Assembly (NCBI GenBank): GCA_030264375.1
Contig: JASCQW010000061.1
Coordinates: forward strand, 60,977,406-61,040,389
DNA from: Carcharhinus longimanus
Taxonomy: Eukaryota
Direction: 5' to 3'
Length of the DNA: 62,984 bases
Of this stretch, positions 12,703-25,025 are shown piece by piece. The notes beneath the pieces were generated by a model. The model saw nothing but the letters and a program-made list of their open reading frames with translations, had not been told where the DNA came from and ran no database searches. Made by a program: the position numbers and the translations under genes. Position 1 is the stretch's first letter. Every line of letters begins with the position of its first letter.

Positions 12703-12915
12703 TGCAGCATTCAGATTTCATTTTGTGTCACAATGAATATTAATACATTGGGCTACATTCTACCTGTTCCTGTATAGCATTTAGTTAGTAATGGGGCACG
12801 TAATATAGGACGGGTGTCCACTTCACCACCTTCTCACCATCATATTTAAATAGGTCATCAAGGAGAAATTAGGTTTACTATCAAGCCAAACGACCCTCTT
12901 TATACGCTGCCCATG
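12703..12915. repeat. Arm A of a local inverted duplication (partner 13963-14013 plus 14303-14480)
   Basis: tgtgtcacaatgaat..acattgggctacattctac..ataggacgggtg..atatttaaatagg..aaattaggtttactatcaagc matches the reverse complement of the partner, roughly 75-80% identical by eye. Confidence 0.85.
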
Positions 12916-14013
12916 CCATAACATTTTTGGTGTGGGAAATTGGGTAGGATCAGGCAGCCTGAGTTTTAAAATAATTTCTTCAAAGGCTGGGGGAGATTAA
13001 TGGAGGCTGTTCTTTCTTCAGGGCTGCTATTTGCATATTGGGGGAGCCTAACCACCTCCCCCTCCCCACCCCAAGAATGTACTCCCTTTCTTCCTACCCA
13101 CCAACAGCCTTAAACCCATCCTCTCCCATTCCCCTGCCCCTCTCCCTGACCTGACCAATACCTCAGACTTACCTGTTTTGGGGGATCCCCAGGTCTTCCT
13201 TCTCCTCCTGCAATCTTGGCCACTAATGTGCTTTTGGCACTGCTGGGACTGATGGAGCTGTTTACCAATCGGATTGGCCAGCAGTTGCAGAGGGTGGGAT
13301 TTCCTCCCCAGTAAGGGGCAGAATTGTTTAGCCTGTATGCAATGCATTATGGGCTGGTTTCCACGTCAACAATGTTTCTGGACAGGAGGTGCAAGCCATC
13401 CACACCACACCCCTCCCTCTCCAACCCCCTGTATTTTTCAGCTGATTGTCCACCAATGTTGCATCAAAGTTGAGTCCACAAGTGTTGACCCGAAGTTGGT
13501 CACTACTCCAAACAGAAGTAATGGCTACAGTCTCTGAAAAAAATCATGCACATAGTCAATGCTGCTTAGCATTGACAGCAAACTTTTTGTCAAGCCTGAA
13601 AATATGCCAACATTTAATTGTCCATATCCATCATCCTTTATATGTGTGTGACATTCTATCAAAGTCCCCAGTTGAACCCTCTGCAGCTGACTCATGTGTG
13701 ATCTCATCTTCTGGGGAGCTGGGACTTCACCATCCTTTCCCTCAGCCTAGTTTACAGTCACTCATGCCTGGTGAATTGCAGATCCCACCCTCAGGGCAAC
13801 CCTGTAAAAGTTGTGCAATGTCACTCCCTAAAGTGGTGGTTGTGAGTGAGATATTGAGTCATGCGCTGAAATTTTACTGCCCTGTCTGCCACGGGAATCA
13901 GATTGGGCGAGGGACGGACAATGAGAAGTCCTTTGATGCCAGGCCAAATTTTACACTCTCAAACATGTGTGGTGTATAATGAGTGTCACTTGCCTTGATA
14001 ATAAGCCTAATTT

Positions 14014-14300
14014 TTTATTTCAGCACAAACAGGCCCTTTGGCCCACGAGTTGAGCCGATCACATCAACACCTACCAATCCATAGACCTATCTATAACCCC
14101 CAATCCCACTAAATNNNNNNNNNNNNNNNNNNNNNNNNNNNNNNNNNNNNNNNNNNNNNNNNNNNNNNNNNNNNNNNNNNNNNNNNNNNNNNNNNNNNNN
14201 NNNNNNNNNNNNNNTCTGTGTCCTCTCGTAGCGACCATTTCAACCCGGGGAAATAGCCTCTGAGAATCCACCCTATCTATTCCTCTCAACAATTCTCTCA
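14014..14300 (-). mobile_element. CR1 3' end spanning a gap
   Basis: Peptide LRGIDRVDSQRLFPRVEMVATRGH. The tail cagcacaaacaggccctttggcccacgag is shared with 30637-30713. Confidence 0.85.
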
Positions 14301-14474
14301 ACAATTCCTTTTTGATGGCCTATTTAAATATAAGGGATAGGCTGACAGGACGATGATGGAGTGAGCACCCGTCCTATGTCATGTGTCCCATTGCTAATGA
14401 CATACTCTGCAGGAACAAGTAGAATGTAGCCCAATGTCTCAGCATTCATTGTGACACAATCTGAAGTCTGAATG

Positions 14475-14697
14475 TCTGCACCTCATAAAGGAGAATTGGA
14501 ATCTATTTGCAGCAGGTGTTGGAAGAGGTTGGGGAAGAATTTCTGAGCAGGAAAAACAATGGAAATTGTGGAACAGGCCAGAGAGCATGTGTCAAGTTCT
14601 TTGAAGCCCCACGTGCAGGAGGTAGGTAGGAACCACAGATTCATAGAATCAGAGAAACCCTGTAGTGCAGAAGGAAGCCCACTGAGTCCATGCTGAG
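14475..14697 (+). repeat. Arm B of an inverted duplication (partner 15150-15388): Harbinger Myb start joined to an HE1 tail
   Basis: tatttgcagcaggtgttggaagagg..ggaacaggccagagagcatgtgtcaagttctttga..agattcatagaatca..agtgcagaaggaa is the reverse complement of 15150-15388. Confidence 0.88.
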
Positions 14698-14954
14698 ATC
14701 AAAGGCTGTAAAATCCTGCCCATGGTGTTTCTTTACATCATCAGTCTCCCACTCCCCTTGCACCTCATATTCTCTCACCTGTGCTTGGCCAATTGGCAGG
14801 TCTTAGGTGCAGGATTCGAAAGAAGCAAAACCAGTGGATCATTTGTAAGGATGTGGCTTTTGACAATACATCACACCGTCATTGAATTTTTTATGACATT
14901 GCATTCGGGTCTTCAGAGTCACAGTGCTTGCACTGACCACAATAACGATTTACT

Positions 14955-15013
14955 CCCACTGCCTTCTCAGTGTCTGTCTAGAGCCCCACTGCCTTCTCAG
15001 TGTCTGTCTAGAG
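14955..15013 (+). repeat. Perfect tandem duplication, 29 bp x2 (period 30)
   Basis: cccactgccttctcagtgtctgtctagag occurs at 14955-14983 and 14985-15013. Confidence 0.95.
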
Positions 15014-15047
15014 GACATGGAGAATTTCTCCTCCTAAATCTCTCCTC

Positions 15048-15218
15048 CATGCTAAATTGCCCCTTACTATCCCAGGATGTGTGGGTTAGGGGGACTAGTG
15101 GGGTAAGTATGGAAGTTTACGAGAATGTGGTCTGGATAGAATGTTCTGTTGTCAGTGCGGACTCAATGGACTGACTGGTTTCCTTCTGCACTGTTGGGTT
15201 TCTTTGATTCTATGAATC
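15048..15218 (+). mobile_element. HE1-type SINE, 3' half
   Basis: ccatgctaaattgcccctta..gtcagtgcggactcaatgg..ccttctgcactg..gattctatgaatct. Confidence 0.8.
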
Positions 15219-15224
15219 TAAGGT

Positions 15225-15388
15225 TCCTACTTACCTCCTGCATGACGGGCTCCAGTTCTAGGTCAAAGAACTTGACACATGCTCTCTGGCCTGTTCCGCA
15301 ATTTCCATTGTTTTTCCTTAGAAATTCTCCCTCAACCTCTTCCAACGCCTGCTGCAAATACATTTCAATTCCTCTCTATGAGATGCAG
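15225..15388 (-). pseudogene. Harbinger Myb/SANT ORF start remnant
   Basis: GQRACVKFFDLELEPVMQEV resembles the R.RAP.FS..ELE.LV.EV start of Harbinger Myb-like proteins. Confidence 0.55.
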
Positions 15389-15579
15389 GCTGACAGGAGA
15401 GTGTTAGAAGCTGCTAAGCTTTCACAAACCTGGGCCTCTGGCTGAGGCAATCAATCCTTCATTGGATAGTTAGTGCTGAGATGTACGCTCCTAGTATTTG
15501 AATTAACAGACAGCACGATTTGTGTGCTACTTGCATCAGAATGAACAGAGTCAATATTCTCCCCAATACCAGTGAACAG

Positions 15580-15740
15580 AATCTCAGTTTGACATTTCTT
15601 CTGAAAGTTGGCAGTCATGGCACCTCTGAAAAGCAAACTGCTCTCAGTATTACATTAAAGAGTTAGTTTCAGTTATGTTCTCAAATCTCCAGAGTGGGGT
15701 CTAAATCCATAACTTTCCGATTCAGGCAAATGTGCCAATG
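15580..15740 (-). mobile_element. DeuSINE-like (SacSINE1-type) 5' fragment
   Basis: Minus strand reads ..ccccactctggagatttgagaacataa..gtaatactgagagcag..cagaggtgcc..ctttcagaagaaatgtcaaactgag, a degenerate tRNA head plus the start of the Deu domain. Confidence 0.6.
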
Positions 15741-16459
15741 TCAACAGCAAAGTTAATTTCACCATTATCATCACACTTAAGAGTTAATTGTTGTGATTCT
15801 TGATTGAACTCTACAAGATAGCAAGCAAATGCATTGAAGGTTACAAATTCTAAACACTTATTAAATTAATGCAAATATCGACTTGAATTCATTATTTTGG
15901 AGCAGTGCATTTCTAGAATTGAATAATTAATTTAATTTGTCATACCACTATTCAATTTCAAACTAGGAGAGATAAGCAGGAATTCCACAATGAAGGTATA
16001 AACCACTATCTCTTTGATATACACTGCACACTATTTTCATATAATCCATTATAATTTGACAGGGAAGTCAGTTTTTAATTTCACTACATGTAATTAAGCC
16101 TCTGTCGCAGATTGGCTGATCACTCAGCTATGATTTATAAATCAGTTAAGAAAACTTAATTATTTATCCTACTTTATCCAATATGAAGTTTATTTTAATT
16201 CATGCTCTGAATATAAGATTATAATGTTGAATCACATCTACCCTGAAGAAGGTGGGTTTGTTTGCAAGTGGTTTTATTTTAACTATAAAGAAGCTCTGGT
16301 GTTTATCCATATTCTCCTGGTTTGCTTGAAATTAAACTGTTGTAAAATATAATATTTTCCATTGTCAAGCAGTGATTGCTTTTGTAAAGAATGCTGCGGA
16401 TTGAATGCACTTTCCATTTTCAGATTTGCAGCCCCACCACCCATGTGACACCATCACTA

Positions 16460-17580
16460 ACTGGCCACAATTTTCTCTCATAATCTTCAAAAGCCATGGT
16501 TTAGAGGTCAGAGAACCAGTCTCCATCAGGATTGCAACTTTGGGGCAGACCTTCCAAGATGCTTAGGTGCGTGGGGGAATAACTGACCCTCAAGAGATGT
16601 GTCAGTAATTTAAGTATTGTCAGTGAGGCTGTGTGCCTCATATTTTAGAAGCCTTTTAGATTTAATAGTTGCTGGCATGGTTTTTCAGGACTTAGTAAAG
16701 ACAAAAATTGAAAGGAAGCTGGTTCCAACAGACAAGCTCCTCTTGGGTGTTTTATAGGAGCAAAGGTGGAGTGTTCACCTGTGGTTCCTGGAGATTTGGG
16801 AAGGAACATGTTCAAGGACCCAAATCTTCCTGGGTCCAGAGACTTGCAGGCCAGATGTAACCACTCAAGGTGCGCTATGAAATCTCTCCCAGCGCAATGA
16901 CTGTTTGGGAATTACCCTAGAAATTTGAACTTGCAATTGGAAATTCTCCTGGAACCTTTGACAATGTCTCCAACTTTGAGTTAGAACCAAAGAATTCAGA
17001 CGGTTCCAATTTACTTACCTGAATGGTAATCCTGGAAATGTTAGAATATTCCTGGTCTAACTCCTGAGTAACTAGAAATTGACCCCTTTGACTCTCCCCT
17101 TGACACCCTGACTACCCCCTCCCCCTCAATCTTCTGACTTCCCTCCAACCAACCTGACCCAATCTCACCATCCAGCTCTCCTATGGCCCACTACTGCTCC
17201 CTATCCATTGACTCCCTAACCAATTCCCACTGACGTAACTTAACCCAATGTGGCTACCTGAACCAGCAACTTAATCTGTCACCCACTCTACCCCTACTCA
17301 TTTATCTTACCCACCCTACTTCCTTACCCACATATCTCACCCACCCTTGCGCATTACACCAACTTCATCCATCCTGCTCTTTTACCCACTTACCTCATGC
17401 ACACTACACCCATCCTCCTTACCTTAGCCAGCCTACCCCCATCTTCCTTACCTCAGCCACCTACCCCTCATCCTCCTTGTCTCACTCAGTCAGCCCGCTT
17501 ATACACTTAACTCCTCTCTGTAGCTTTTCAAAGAAGCTTTGACATTAAACTCTTCACTTACCAGAATACAGTAGCTACTA
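16460..17580. mobile_element. Probable non-autonomous Harbinger-type element with C-rich low-complexity interior
   Basis: Starts ggccacaattttc (TIR-like). 17090-17510 is made of degenerate cacccaccct/cctccttacctcagcca units. Confidence 0.4.
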
Positions 17581-17584
17581 AAAA

Positions 17585-19933
17585 GAGACAGAACAAAGAA
17601 AATTACAACACACGAGCAGGCCCTTTGGCACTCCAAGCCTGCACTGACGATGCTGCCCAACTGAACTAAAACCCCCTACTTTTCCGGGGATCATATCCTC
17701 TATTCCCATCCTATTCATGTATTTGTCAAGGTACCCTTAAAAATCACTATTGTATCTACTTCCACTACCTCCCCTGGCAGCAAGTTCCAGGCACCACCAC
17801 ACTCTGTGTAAAACAAAAATTGCTTTGTGCATCTCCTTTAAACCTTGCCCCTTGTACCTATGGCCCCTAGTAATTGACTTTTCTACCCTGGGGAAAAAGT
17901 TTCTGACTATCCACTCCGTCCATGCCCCTCATTATCTTGTAGACTTCTATCAAGTTGCCCCTCAACATCCCTTGTTCCAGTGAGAACAAACCAAGTTTCT
18001 CCAACTTTTCCTCATAGCTAATGCCCTCCATACCAGGCAACACCCTGGTAAATCTTTTTTGAACCCTCTCCAAAGCCTCCACATCCTTCTGGTAATGTGG
18101 CGACCAGAATTGAACATTATATTCCAAGCATGGCCTAACTAAGATTCTATAAACGTGCAACATGACTTGCCAATTATTAAATTCAATGCCCGGCCAATGA
18201 AGGCAAGCATGCCGTATGTCTTCTTGACTACCTTCTCCATGTGTGTTACCATTTTCAGTGACCTGTGTGCCTGTATACCCAGATTCCTCTGCCTATCAAT
18301 ACTCTTAAAGGTTCTGCCATTTATTGTATATTTCCTATCTGTATTAAACCTTCCAAAATGCATCACCTCATATTTGTCCAGATTAAATTCCATCTGCCAT
18401 CTCTCTGCCCAAGTCTCCAACCAGTCTATATCCTTTGTATCCTCTGACAGTCCTCACCGCTATCTGCAATTCCACCAACCTTTTGTGTTGTCTGCAAACT
18501 TCCCAACAAACCAGTTACATTCTCCTCAAAGTCATTTATATATATTACAAACAACAAAGGTCCCAGCACTGGTCCCTGAGGAACGCCATTTGCCCATTCA
18601 GAAACACACCCATTTACTGTTACCCTCTGTCTTCTATGACCGAGCCAGTTCTGTACCCATCTTGCCAGCTCACCTCTGATCCAGTCCGACTTTATCTTCT
18701 GTACCAGTCTGCCATGAGGGACCTTGTCAAAGGCCTTACTGAAGTCCATTTGGACAACATCCACTGATGAGGGTAGGGCAGTGGATGGTGACTACATGGA
18801 CTTCAGTAAGGGCTTTGACAAGGGTNNNNNNNNNNNNNNNNNNNNNNNNNNNNNNNNNNNNNNNNNNNNNNNNNNNNNNNNNNNNNNNNNNNNNNNNNNN
18901 NNNNNNNNNNNNNNNNNNNNNNNNNNNNNNNNNNNNNNNNNNNNNNNNNNNNNNNNNNNNNNNNNNNNNNNNNNNNNNNNNNNNNNNNNNNNNNNNNNNN
19001 NNNNNNNNNNNNNNNNNNGTATCCTTGCTACCCTTGTTAAATAAAGGAACAACATTGGCTGTTCTCCAACCTTCTGGGGTCTCCTCTGTAGCCAGTGCGG
19101 ATACGAAGATTCCTCTCAAGGCCCCAGCAGCTTCCTCCCTTGTCTCTCTCAGAATTCTGAGGTATATCCCATCAGGCCCTGGGAACTTGTCTATCTTAAT
19201 GATCCTCAAGAGTCCCAATATCTCCTTTTTGATTCCATCATGACCCAAACTATCCATACACCCTTCACCAGACTCATCATCCACCAAGTCCTTCTCTTTG
19301 GTGAATACTGACACAAATTACTCATTTAATATCTCACCCATTTCCTCTGGCTCCACGCATAGATTCCCTCCCCAGTCCTACAGTGAGCCAATCCTCTCCC
19401 TGGCTACCGTCTTGCTTTTTATATATGTATAAAAAGTCTTTGGATTTTCCTTAATCCTGTTGGCCAATAAATTTTTGTGACCCCTTTTAGCCCTCCTTAC
19501 TCCTTGCTGAAGTTTCTTTCTACTTTCCTTGTATTCCACACATGCTTTGTGTGCTCCCTGTCTCCTAACCTTGACAAATGCTTCCTTTTTCTTTTTGACT
19601 AGGCTCACAATATCTCTCGTTATCCAAGGTTCCCGAAACTTGCCATATGTTTCCTTTCTCCTCACAGGAATGTGTCGTTCTGAGTTCCTATCAACTTACA
19701 CTTGAAAGCCTCCTATGTGCCAGATGATTTGCCCTCAAACATTTGCCCCCAGTCAACATTCTTTAGTTCCTGCTTAATATTGTTTTAATTAGTCTTTCCC
19801 CAATTTAACACCTTCATTTGAGGCCTATACCCATCTTTATCCATCAATACCTTAAAGCTTACTGAATTGTGGTCGCTGTTCCTGAACTGCTCCCGTGCTG
19901 AAAATTGGGGCTCATTCCCCAATACCTGGTCCA
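17585..19933 (-). mobile_element. CR1 (HER1-like) LINE, ~2.3 kb, 5'-truncated, ORF2 frameshifted
   Basis: Peptides KFPGPDGIYLRILRE, WRTANVVPLFNKG, MDFSKAFDKVPHGRL, GVPQGPVLGPLLFVIYIND, LVRPCLEYNVQFWSP and LERVQKRFTR. Tail gaacaaagaaaattac. Confidence 0.95.
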
Positions 19934-20774
19934 GTGTGGGATGTGGCTTATGCATGGATTCTCTTTGCTGATGTCTCTGCAGTTTCCTACACTGGCTGAG
20001 TTTAGAAGGATCTTTCATCAGAGGAATGCCAGTGGGTATTATTTTTGTCTGATGAGGATCAGAATTAGGGGCTCTAATCCTGATCAGAAGATTTGGGCTG
20101 AAGACTTTGTGAAGTGGAAAAGGAGGTTGAGAATGAGATGATAACGTACAAGAATGTTAATGCAGTTTTTCTAATGTAGATGTATTATACATCTATTACT
20201 CCCTAAGTTTGTCATCCATCTAAATGACTCTGAATGGAAGAAAAAATTAAAGTTGATGGCTGTTTAGTGTCACTGTTTGTAGCATTACTGACCTTTTCAT
20301 ATTTAACCAGTCAAGAAACAGTATGAGTTAATGAACCTATTCTCAAATCCCTTTATCCCTTTATACCTATTCATCAATCATCTACCCAAACTATTCTGGA
20401 ATGTTGATGTGATTTCTGTTACAATCGTTAACTCCGCTTTTGCATTCTACAGCCTCACAACCTGCTGAGGTGAAAAAAGACTTCCATTTCTTTCTGACTA
20501 AAATCTCTGACATCCAATTACATACTCGTGTTCCCTAATTGTAAAGCGCTCGATCTCTGAAAATGGTGGGGGACAAATTCCAACATTGTCACTGTTTTAG
20601 CTTGTGACATAGATGCATCAATGACAGATCTGGTAATGTGATGACCCAACCAGATCTGCACAAGCATTTGGACGACTGCATTTTGTCAAGGCTCTGTTTA
20701 AGGAGGCTCTGCACAATGCCCACTGTGAAGAGATATGCAGCATTTTAAATGGTTAATGATAAAGAACTGCATGG

Positions 20775-22395
20775 AATTTGATTTGATTTGTGATTGTCAC
20801 ATGTATTAGCATACAGTGAAAAGTATTGTTTCTTGCTCGCTATACAGACAAAACATACCATTCATAGAATACATAGAAGAGAAGGAAAGGAGAGAGTGCA
20901 GAATATAGTGTTGTATCACAGATGGGGTGTAGAGAAAGATCGGCTTAATATATGGTAGGTCCTTTCAAAAGTCTGATGGTAGCAAAGAAAAGAATCTGTT
21001 CTTGAGTCTGTTCGTATGTGAGCTCAGATTTTTGTACTTTTTTCCCAATGGAAGAAGGCAGAAGAGAATGGAGCCGGTTCTCCCAGCTGCCCTAGCAGCA
21101 CAGCCAGCTCAGGGACTCAAGTGCAGGCCGTCTGGGAGGCTCCTTGCTGAGTGCATGGCCGCCCCACGTCTCCAGAAATTGGCATGGGGCTATATAAGTT
21201 ATGGAGATGAGAATCCGCATCTCATTAGCGGGCCCAGGGCTGAAAATTCCGGGCCCGCCAGTCTCTCCACCACACTAGGAGTATTTCATTCCAGCTAGGT
21301 TTACAATAGCTCCCCACATGCAGGAAGCTGATGGCCCAACCAAGGTGAACCATGGGGGGTGGGGGTGGTGCCAGGAGGTCAGGGGTACCCACTGGGCAGT
21401 GCCAGCCTGGCCCCCTAGCACTGTCCAAGTGGTAAAGTGGCAATATGCAAGGGAGTACATTGACACTGCCAACTGGGCATTAGGCAGTGCCAAGGGGGTG
21501 CAGGAACTCATCAGGGTGAGCCTTCTGGGGGCATGACCTCTGTAAGGGAGATATTTTTGGGGTGGGGTGTCTCCCTGCCACTCTGCACAAGGATTAGTGA
21601 CAGAGGGAGAGAGGCGAGCAGTCACAGCTGGCCATCGGGATGGTTGGGGGAAGGTCGGCCTGCCAGGGAGTCAGGGCTGCAGGGGTGAGAGAGTGTGGGG
21701 ACTGTGGTGGGGTGGGGAGGGGTGGGTATGGGGTGGCGGCAATCAGGGCTGGTGGGGAGCGAAGGATATCAGGAGAGTTCCAGGGCTCAGCGATTGGGCT
21801 GTGGCTGGTTCAGAAGGGCAGTGGTGGTGAGTTGCTGTGCTGGCCAGCAATCGAGAGGCTGACAGTGCCCATACTGCACATGGGCCAATCTCGGTGCTGA
21901 CAGACGGGCGCATACGCAGTGGCCCACTCAGTGCTATGCTGCTGACCTCTCCAGTGGGAATAGGCCCTGCCCTCTGATTTTTCTTGTAATTGACACTAAG
22001 GCACTCTGCAGTGCACAGAGTATGGGAAATTCATTGTGAAACTCCTGCTGAAAATAACATTGGGATTTACTCCAGTTTTTACATGAAATTGACACTTAGA
22101 ATTCTTTTGGGAGAATCCCATCCACTATGTTGGGGGTGCGTGGGGCCCTTGAATATGCTGGCTGCTTTCTCAAGGCAATGGGAAGTGTAGACAGAGTCAG
22201 TGGATGGGAGGCTGGTTTGCATGATGGGTTGGGCTACATTCACAACCCCTTGTAGTTCCTTGCGGTCTTGGTCAGAGCAGGAGCCATACCAAGCTGTGAT
22301 ACAACCAGAAAGAATGCTTTCTATGATGCATCTGTAAAAAGATGGTGAGAGTCGTAGCAGATATGTTGAATTTCCTTAGCCTCCTGAGAAAGTTT
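20775..22395 (-). mobile_element. Rex1/Babar-type LINE 3' fragment interrupted by a MITE
   Basis: (tttga)n tail at 20777-20791. The body at 20790-21069 resumes at 22124-22395. Homologous to 27643-28235 and 30814-31040. Confidence 0.75.
21070..22123. mobile_element. ~1.05-kb GC-rich Harbinger-type non-autonomous element
   Basis: Imperfect TIRs ggagccggttctccc and gggagaatcccatcc. It cleanly splits the Rex1-type LINE. Confidence 0.75.
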
Positions 22396-22939
22396 GGTAT
22401 CAGATTTTGTTTGACATTGTTCCTGTGACGAGCATCTCATTCTATTCTGTGAAATATATTTATATGTAGTTTGTTGTTGTTAGAGTAACCCTTGGAGTAA
22501 TTCATTGTGCAGAGCACTGAACCTCCTCTATGCAGACTTATTAAAAATCAAATGACATTGATTTGGAGTCTGGAGGAGTGGGACAACTGGCTGCTGATGG
22601 TCCGTGATGATTCCCATCTATTCTCATCCCTCCCCTCACCCACCAAATGCCAGCACTTACCTGAGGGACACTGTCAGTCAAGAAAGGAACCCAAAGTTGA
22701 TCCAACGGCACACACAATTTGCCTTTAAAGACAAAGCATAGCAGCAGCCAGTTTCTGTTGAAAAGCTAGGAATGCATGAAGGCTGTGAGATGTGGATGTG
22801 AGGCCTGCACAACTAATACCAAAATGAAGCTATGAAGGTTAGGTATGAGTTATGATTGATAAGGATTTTTGGTAGGTGAGTGATGATGCTGTGGTGCACT
22901 GAACAACATGTGAGCTCAGTAGTGCTCTTCATGGAATAA

Positions 22940-23170
22940 ACTATTTGAAGATACAGTCAAGACTTTGGCCGCTCAGGTGAGGCCACCAAATGTCTTGTGG
23001 TGCGATATCCAAATCCTTGGAGCTAGTCCCCTGTAATTGACTGCCATGTTTGTTTATCCCTGCTGTCTGATGGTCCTCTGGGCTGTCCCGTGGCTGGATG
23101 GCATCTCTCCTCCTCCCCACCTCCTGAACCAAGGTCTCCAATGCATAAAATCTTGACACATTCTGCAGGA
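22940..23170 (-). pseudogene. Harbinger Myb/SANT ORF remnant
   Basis: SRFYALETLVQEVGRRRDAI, then after a frameshift AVNYRGLAPRIWISHHKTFGGLT, matching the (PRTW.QCRKKFNDL) pattern. Confidence 0.75.
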
Positions 23171-23172
23171 TT

Positions 23173-23405
23173 TCATAGAAACATGGAAACTGAGAACAGT
23201 ACTAGGCCATTTTGCCTTTTGAGCCTGCTTCACCATTCATTATGATCTTGGCTGAGAATTCAACTCAATAGCTTGATCCTGTCTTTCCCCCTTATCTTTG
23301 ATCCTCCTCACCCCAAGGGCTATATCTAACTTCTTCTATACAATGTCTTGAGCAGCTGCTTTCTGTGATAATGAATTCCACATGTTTACTGCTCTCTGGG
23401 TGAAG
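23173..23405 (-). mobile_element. CR1 3' end
   Basis: catagaaacatggaaact tail..gagcctgcttcaccattcat..gaattccacatgtttactgctctctgggtgaagaa. Confidence 0.8.
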
Positions 23406-24801
23406 AATGGGATATAAAGTTCATGTGTGCAATGCATATGTAGCTTTTGTTCTGTACCCAAAAATAGGCTGTAATGAATGTAGACCCTAACTGTTTTTAT
23501 CTGTTCTGTCCCTCCCTTATAAAGTTAATCATCTCCATCAAACCATGACTTCTGACTTCCCGTGACTTCCTAGGAACAGCAGGGAGTGAGATTGGCTGCC
23601 TGCCCTACAGAATTGGACAATTAATTAATATAGTTAAGGCCCCAGGTAATGACCGTCTTGCTGCCTCATCAGGGTTTTACCACTGGCGAAGTACTCCCCT
23701 CCTCAGCCACCATCTCAATGTGGCAGGATATGAGGGAACATCAGAGCAGAAGGTTCCAAGCCCCAAAGTGGGAGCCGCAAATGGACCGACCACATCCTTG
23801 GCCCAAACAATGCACCCAGAGATTTTCCCCTTAGACTTTTTAATAGAAGTGCATGTGTCCATGCTGAGCTGTCCTTGCAGTCCCCAACATGCTTCAGGAG
23901 CACCCATCTTTCCCCAGTGGGACTATCAAGTCCCCAGAGCTGTTGGCTCTCTAATTAGGTTGGCTGCAACAGGAACCCGCCTGCCGTCCTTTATTGAATG
24001 CTGAGCACTGAGGCAGCCAATCAGGAGGCCAGCCCATGGAAGATTGCTTGCCAGTAAGTTCAGGGCTTGTGCTCCCAATTTGGTTCCAACATTGGGATTC
24101 CAAAGCCCACGGCAAAATCTAGCCCCCTGTTCCTTGCTGAGTTGTTGTTGGGGAATGACTCGCTGAACATTCTGAGCAGATACGACCTCTTCCTGAGAGC
24201 TCTTCTCCCTCCTCCCTCTTCCAGCAGCTTTTCCTACTCTGTGTCACCCCACTTAATTCTCAAGTTGCACACAAGTCTGGGTTGTGGGGGTTATCTTTCT
24301 TGCTGCTGATCAGATCTTCAGCTGTGCGAGATTCAGAAAGGACATTAGCTGGAACTTTGACCTCCGTAATAGCGGCATTGGCACCAATCAGCATTACACA
24401 CTGATTAAAGTCAATATCTTTCTACCCAGCATGCTTCCAGCATTCTGCACACACTAACACCCTCACCAAGAGGGCAATGATGTGGCTAGCCCCAGCAGTG
24501 TGTGCATGCTTGCTGCTGTCACCATTTTATGGGAACACAAAGTGAACTTTACCGTATTTTGTCAAAGCATTGTTTCCGAAGGGAAAACCGATAAGAATCC
24601 CATCAGCATGGAGGGCAGAACATCTCACCAAATATTGAGCCCCTTTAACAACTTTTTTTCCCATGAGAAGCATGCCACACTTGTGGCAGTGTGACTCTGA
24701 TTCGCTCGCCCTGGGAAAATCTAACCTCTGTAATCAGCTGGGTGCTCCTTTCAAATGCCTCCCAGCACTTTCCAGTACATGTTCTGTGTCCAGTCAGGGG
24801 A

Positions 24802-25025
24802 ATGGCTACCAGGAAGCCAGCACCAGGATTATCAGAGGGATCTGCTATTATAAATGCTGGATAGTGTGGTGCAGAGGCATGTCATTCTGTAACCAAGTTC
24901 CCACAAATGTTCATCAACCAAGGTCACCACCCCCACCTCAGAGACAGTGACAGTGATCAGGAGGGCCACCTAGCGGCAGAAGAGGATGGGACAACAGTGC
25001 CACAAGAAGATTAATGAATTAATTT
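24802..25025 (+). pseudogene. Harbinger Myb/SANT ORF remnant
   Basis: MATRKPAPGLSE, then MLDSVVQRHVIL*P and QKRMGQQCHKKINEL across frameshifts. Confidence 0.72.

Larger units (their letters stand above)
13863..14721. mobile_element. ~125-bp Harbinger-type MITE split by a ~730-bp insertion
   Basis: The 5' part (13863-13958) and 3' end (14692-14721, ggctgtaaaatcctgccc) together resemble the intact copies at 30398-30523 and 44135-44259. Confidence 0.65.

Noticed and set aside
13446-13979. 177-aa gap-free ORF
   Set aside because: Non-ATG start, no recognisable domain, and it runs into a MITE.
14955-15013. 29-bp direct repeat as a possible CRISPR
   Set aside because: Only two adjacent units, no spacers, no cas genes, and a vertebrate context.
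18155-18679. 174-aa plus-strand ORF
   Set aside because: Antisense shadow of CR1 ORF2.
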